A stretch of 52,532 nt of DNA from Mesotaenium endlicherianum (taxonomy: Eukaryota): NCBI GenBank assembly GCA_009602735.1, contig WELA01002099.1, forward strand, positions 97,904 through 150,435. Direction: 5' to 3'. The translations under genes were made by a program, and so were the position numbers. The stretch's first letter is position 1. Every line of letters begins with the position of its first letter. The notes beneath the pieces are model-generated. The model made no database searches, had not been told where the DNA came from, and worked only from the letters and a program-made list of their open reading frames with translations. Positions 46,951-52,532 of the stretch are shown piece after piece.

Positions 46951-48928
46951 GTGTACTTGGGGCGGAAGGAAGAAGCCGTGCAGTCGGACGGCACTGCATC
47001 GACGGTACCACCGAAAGCAACCGTGGTTGCAGGAAATTTGGGAGCAAATGTTGCCTGGTGGAAACGTTGGTGTACGTCTTCGTTAGTCCGCTCTACCATC
47101 GAGAGTGGCTACAAGTTGGTGTGGGACACGCATACTGCACCTCGGCATCACCAGCGCAACCATAAAGGTGTGGAGAAACACATACAGTTTGCCCGTGAGT
47201 CAGTGGGGGAGCTAGTAGCCTCCGGGGCTGCCAGAGAGTGGACTCTCCCTGGTCTCCCACACTGCATATGCCCCTTGAACGTGGTCGAGGGCAAGAAGTT
47301 ACGATTAATTCATGACGTGCGCCACGTGAACAAAGCGTTGAAAAAAGTAAAATTAAGTATGAGGGGTTGGATAAGTTAGTCAATGTCGTGCACGTAGACG
47401 ACTTCGTGTTTACCATCGACCTCAAGTCTGGCTATCATCACGTCAAGATGCACGAAGATGCACATACGTTCTTGGGGTTTGAGCTGGATAAGAAGATTTA
47501 CACTTTCACATGTCTCCCATTCGGACTTGCAATCGCACCTTACGTATTCACACGAGTGGTGAAAGAGATGGTGGGAAGGTGGAGGCAGATGGGAATACGA
47601 GTCATAGCATATCTAGACGATTTTCTGGTGAGCTGTTCCAGTGAGGACGCCCACGCGCGAACAATGCGGCTGGTGTTGGCGAACTTGCACTAGCAGGATT
47701 CGTGGTGAATATGCAGAAGGCAGTACTTACGTTTTCAAAAATCACACACTTCTTGGGCGTTGTGATAGACACTCGCAAACTTTGGGTGCACATTGGCAAG
47801 ACGCGCAAGGAAAAGCTCCTGCTAACACTCCTCCACGTTCGAGCTATGGCCCACATGACCCGTAGCGTGCACATTAGAACGATAGCATCTTTAGCAGGCC
47901 AGCTAATTTCCATGAAGGTGGCTTTTGGGGGCACCGCGGGCATGTACACACGCCATATGTACGCTGTTATCAACCAGGGGTTTACTTGGGATGACATGGT
48001 CCCCATGACGGAAGGGTTGCTCCACGAGCTTGCGTTTTGAGAGGAGCACTTTGATAAGTTCAATGGTGCTCCCATTTGGGCCACTATGGCCCTTGATTTT
48101 GTCATGCACACCGACGCTAGCGTGACCACATGGGGCGCAGTACTGAGATCGGTGGCCTCAGGGCAGACGTGGGAATTGCTGGGCCCACTCCCCGCTGCTA
48201 GCATCGGGGGATCGTCAACATTAAGGGAGATACTTGCCGCGAAGGCAGCGTTGGTTAAAGCCATCCACGTGATAGGCGGGCGACAAGTGCTCTTGCGCGT
48301 CGACAGCCAAGCAATGTATTATATTTTGAGGAAAGGCGGCTCGTCTAAGGCAAATTTAGCAGATGCTTGTGCTCAAGTATTTGGTATTAGTCTTAGACAC
48401 CAACTCAACTTGTTCGTAGAGTGGATTCCTAGGGAATTGAATGCAGTGGCAGACGAGCTCTCTAAGCGGAAAGACTTGGACAATTTTTTCCTGCAACCGG
48501 AGGCCTTTCAAAGACTAGAGGCAGAATGGGGGCCGCATTCGATCGATAGATTTGCCACAGCAAGCAACACGCGCTTGTCGAGGTTCAACTCTAGGTGGCT
48601 AGAGGTGGGCGCTGAGGCCATAAATGCCCTCACCGAGCACTGGGCAGGTGAAAACAACTATTGTTTTCCACCACCTCAGATGGTCGCTCCAGTAGTCGAC
48701 CACGTGCTGCGATGCAAGGCCAACTGCACGCTAGTGATACTCCAGTGGCAGTCAGCCAGCTGGTGGCCGCGGTTGCTAGATAGCGATGCGGAGTGGATAG
48801 ATTGTGTGCAGGCGAGCATTCCGCTAGGCTATAGCTCCTCGATTTTGTTGCCAGGCACAGACAAGGCTGCGTTTGGGGGCAAGGGCATCCCTCTGTGCAT
48901 GGTGCTAGCCTTACGCCTGGATGTATGA
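46951..48928 (+). pseudogene. DIRS RT, RNase H and Dam-like adenine methyltransferase domain (broken by frameshifts and stops)
   Basis: 'KKLRLIHDVR', 'IDLKSGYHHV', 'LPFGLAIAPYVF', 'AYLDDFL', RNase H 'HTDAS..TWGA...LRVDSQ...WIPRELNAVADELSK', MT 'IDRFATASN...FNSRW...NNYCFPPP'. Confidence 0.92.
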
Positions 48929-48975
48929 GGTGTTGAGCAGAATATCAATGTTTTGAAAATCCGGCCTTACAAGCC

Positions 48976-49975
48976 TTGGAAGCCACGAGCGTGGACGTGT
49001 TGCTCCACACTATCGCGCCTACCAGTCTGCGTACCTACAACACTTACTGGATGCGTTTTCAACGGTGGTGCGAAATGCATAAGCTGCAGGATCTTCCGGC
49101 GTCGATCGAGGTGATCGGGCTCTACTGCTTGTATCTCATCCAGGATCGTGTCACCTGGTCTACATACCATTTGTCATCGGCTGCAATCTTTTGTGTGCAT
49201 CGACTAGCGGAGCTACCTAGCCCCACATTGCACAACAAAATCAGTACCCTTAGAAAAGCAGCGAAAAGGTTGCTGCCCAGACCCAAGCACACCATGATGC
49301 CGGTCGCACCCTGCACCCTCACTGCGATTTTGGAAAAGCACGCAGGGAACAGGTGCCACCGCCGCATCGCTCATGAAGGTGGCCGCGATGATGCTCATGT
49401 ATAGTGCTTGTCTGCGATACTCAGATCTCGCCAAAACCAGAATTCAGGATCTCGACATCACGGGTGGTCCAAACATCACAGCCATTTACTTGCACCTCCC
49501 GTCCTCCAAGACGGACCAAATTGGTGAGGGCGCATGGGGTGCCTTGCATGCAAGCAACTCCAAGTGGTGCCCGGTCAAAATGTTGTGTAGGTTAATGGCG
49601 GAGATACCAGAGTATGCTCTCGATGGACCTCTAATTCGGCATATACAGGCTTCTGGCAGACCTTCTCTTCAGCCCGCCTCACACGCCACTGTGAATAAGT
49701 GGTGCAAGGAACTATTCGCATCGGTGGGCCTTACACAGAACATGGGTACGCACTCCTTGCGAAAGGGAGCCGCCACAGCGGCCGCCAACTTGGGCGTCCC
49801 AGATGCCGTAGCCCAAACTATGGGCAGATGGAAATCTGCTCGAGGAAAAGAGCCATACGTGCTTCACCTGCAGCAGTCACTGGCATCCGCGGCCCAAACC
49901 ATAGCCATCCCTGACGATGCTAGCGATGCTCCCTATGGCCAAGAGCAAATTCTAGCAGCTTTTAGACGCAAGTAG
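48976..49975 (+). pseudogene. DIRS tyrosine recombinase (one frameshift near 49370)
   Basis: Catalytic set: R 'CLRYSDL', K 'SKTDQ', HxxR 'HSLRKGAAT', 'GRWKS', Y 'EPYV'. Confidence 0.92.
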
Positions 49976-50160
49976 CATTACCATGTAGTACGACCCGTAG
50001 GGGCCGCTACTTAGATAAGACCCAACTACTATGCGAACCACTAGCCTAGCCTAGAAGTACCTTGTATGCTATTAATATTGCATACTAATACTCCTACTAT
50101 TCTTTCTAATATCACCTTCTTTCTTTCGAAATCAGGCAATTTGAACACAAATTGTCAAAT

Positions 50161-50880
50161 TGAAGGTTTGCGACATGAAATGTCGCAAACCAAAGTTTGA
50201 CAAAGTGTTTAAATTTGATCGATTTCACACGTGTTGTGTCTCATCGACAAACGAAACCCTCATAAGGCTTCTCTTTGCAAAGAAGCCTCATTGCAGCAGG
50301 AAGGTAGTTGCTACACATACCCACCCACCCACCCCTCTAACCCCCCAATCCACTGGGAGAGGCACGGGGCGGGCAACGAAGTTGGTGCCAGCAATAATGT
50401 GCAGCTGTAAAGTTGAAGGTTTGCGACATTTAATGTCGCAAACCAAAGTTTGACAAGTGTTCGAATTTTGATCGATTTCACACGTGTTGTGTCTCATCGA
50501 CAAACGAAACCCTCATAAGGCTTCTCGTTGCAAAGAAGCCTCATTGCAGCAGGAAGGTAGTTGCTACACATACCCACCCACCCACCCCTCTAACCCCCCA
50601 ATCCACTGGGAGAGGCACGGGGCGGGCAACGAAGTTGGTGCCAGCAATAATGTGCAGCTGTAAAGTTGAAGGTTTGCGACATTAAATGTGTTCAAATTTT
50701 GATCGTTTTCACATGTGTTGTGTCTCATCGACAAACGAAACCCTCAAAAGGCCCTTCTTTGAAAAGAAGCCTCATTGCACCAGGAAGGTAGCTGCTACAA
50801 AGACCCACCCACCCACCCCTCTAAACCTCCACTCCATTGGGAGGTGCACGAGGCAGGCAACGAAGTTGGTGGCGATAGTT
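50161..50880 (+). repeat. Three ~253-bp tandem subrepeats within DIRS repeat A2
   Basis: 'tgaaggtttgcgacat' starts at 50161, 50414 and 50667. Confidence 0.9.
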
Positions 50881-52532
50881 ATTTAGCCATGCACAATAGT
50901 GTGGTTGCTGTTGTTAATGTTGCAATATGTTATGTCCATTGGCAGTAACCAACGGCGGCGATTCGACAGACAACCTCAACACAGCAAGAGTGCAGTTGCC
51001 AATCCATAAGTGTTGTTTAGGAGTTGGAATATAATTGTCTTGACCTTTTTATATTGTTTTTAGTAGTACAGATAAGCGAAGGAGCATGTAGGAAAGGACT
51101 AGACAAGAACAGACGACGCGCAATTGTAGCATACTAATACTCCTACTATTCTTTCTAATATCACCTTCTTTCTTTCGAAATCAGGCAATTTGAACACAAA
51201 TTGTCAAATCATGTATTGGTTACCTCGTTGACTCATTTTATCAATCCATTATAGCACGAACGTGTTAGGCTGCCGGAAGTTGCGTCACGTTTATTTGTCA
51301 CTTTGGAAGTCGTTCAAAAATCTGGACCTCTTCAAAAACGACTACATGAGATTCAAAATTGCAAAAAGATACTCATTTGCACGTGACATTAAGTGGACCA
51401 ATAAGAAACAACTGCAGATGACCACATTACTGTTGAAAAATGAGTAAGACTTTCTATTGTTTTCTAACTTTTACAAGAGTGCACAGTCCATTCTTTCTTT
51501 TCTTCATCCTTGTTGTTTACTCAACAGCCGTTAATAGAATTTCTCTCCACCCCCTTCAACGCGCTGTTTTGGCAAACAAGTAACAATTTTCTACCTTCCC
51601 ACCTGGGATTTGTGACCCACACATTATTTTTTGGAAAATTACAAGGCTGCACCTCCCACTTCAAATTTTATGTGTTAGCCAATAATTGCGACAAAAACCC
51701 ACTTCATTTTGGGTCTCGAGGTGGTCTCGCTTCAGGGTGCACAAAAAGCAACCCAAACATTAACTAAGTCTTCCTTTTTTGCCAGGCAGTTATGCAAGAT
51801 GCATCACTTCCATCTTCCTTTTGAAGGTCTTCATAAACTAAAGCAAATGGCCAACATGGTTGTGGTGGCAAGTTTTTGACTCCAGGCAGTAAAATAATTC
51901 ATGAGAATTATTTCAATTCCGAATTAGGCCAGCCGGACGTGCAGGTATATATGCATCGATATAAGCTGCACACTTCACGTTGAGTTTTGTGCTGAAATGG
52001 ATTGAACGACGACGGTTCAGGAGACCAATATTCTCAGATGTAGCAATCTGGCTGGTGCAATGCCCTCACAAGATACTTATGATGACGCCTCGATACTGTG
52101 CGAACAACTTACATTAAAGCAATTGGAAGGAGAAGCAACCTCTAATTCTGGTTATGAAAAAACTGCATATCTGCAGCAATTTGCTCAATAAACAAGGCTG
52201 ACGGCTGAGCAGGGCGTATGTTTGACATGATTAGCGACGCACAGATGTCCAACCTGACTAAAAATCATATTCCTACATGCTTACAGAACAAGCCATAGGC
52301 TTCCCTCCCCTCGTGTCGGCTGATGTTATGCTTACATCGTACATCAAGATCCTGCAAAGAAATTGAATCCGAGGTCTCATCGCCGCAGCCATCTGGATCT
52401 CGACTCGCTATTGGCCTACACCAGTGAGCACCACCAGTAATTGGCTGCAAAACCCTACAGAATAGCCTCCAGCCGTAGTGCTCTTGCAAGAGTCAGCGTT
52501 GGATGGGAGGGGCAGGAGGGGGAGGGGAAGGA

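Larger units (their letters stand above)
44750..51209 (+). mobile_element. Tyrosine-recombinase retrotransposon (DIRS order, PAT-like) with split direct repeats A1-ORFs-B1-A2-B2
   Basis: A1 44750-44898 (truncated), B1 50080-50160, A2 from 50161, B2 51129-51209 (81 bp, appears identical to B1). Both ends and the B1/A2 junction share CAAAT. Confidence 0.88.

Overview
Eukaryotic, repeat-dense DNA; a green or streptophyte alga is plausible, but that is inference. About three quarters of the window is nested, mostly decayed retroelements. The dominant family is Ty3/Gypsy-type, present in three copies: G1 9862-21892 (-), G2 30853-41402 (-) and G3 7453-29060 (+). It encodes Gag, a repeated unknown module, protease, a DNMT3-like C5 cytosine methyltransferase, RT, RNase H and a DDE integrase with a PHD finger. 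Its ends are not canonical LTRs. All three copies have TGTC-type starts, end in ACA and have 4-bp target-site duplications (TSDs). G1 and G2 are A-ORFs-PPT-B with no terminal direct repeat. G3 is A1-ORFs-B1-gc-A2-B2, the split-direct-repeat layout known from tyrosine-recombinase retrotransposons. This fits a model in which a circular cDNA integrates at a palindromic site inside the LTR (GACA-GC-TGTC). The window also holds a conventional split-direct-repeat DIRS/PAT-type element (44750-51209), two solo LTRs of another family with 5-bp TSDs, a Gypsy pol remnant, a ~600-bp tandem array, and three exons of an apparently disabled GH31 gene with G2 in one intron. All calls are from reading by eye; no alignments or database searches were run.
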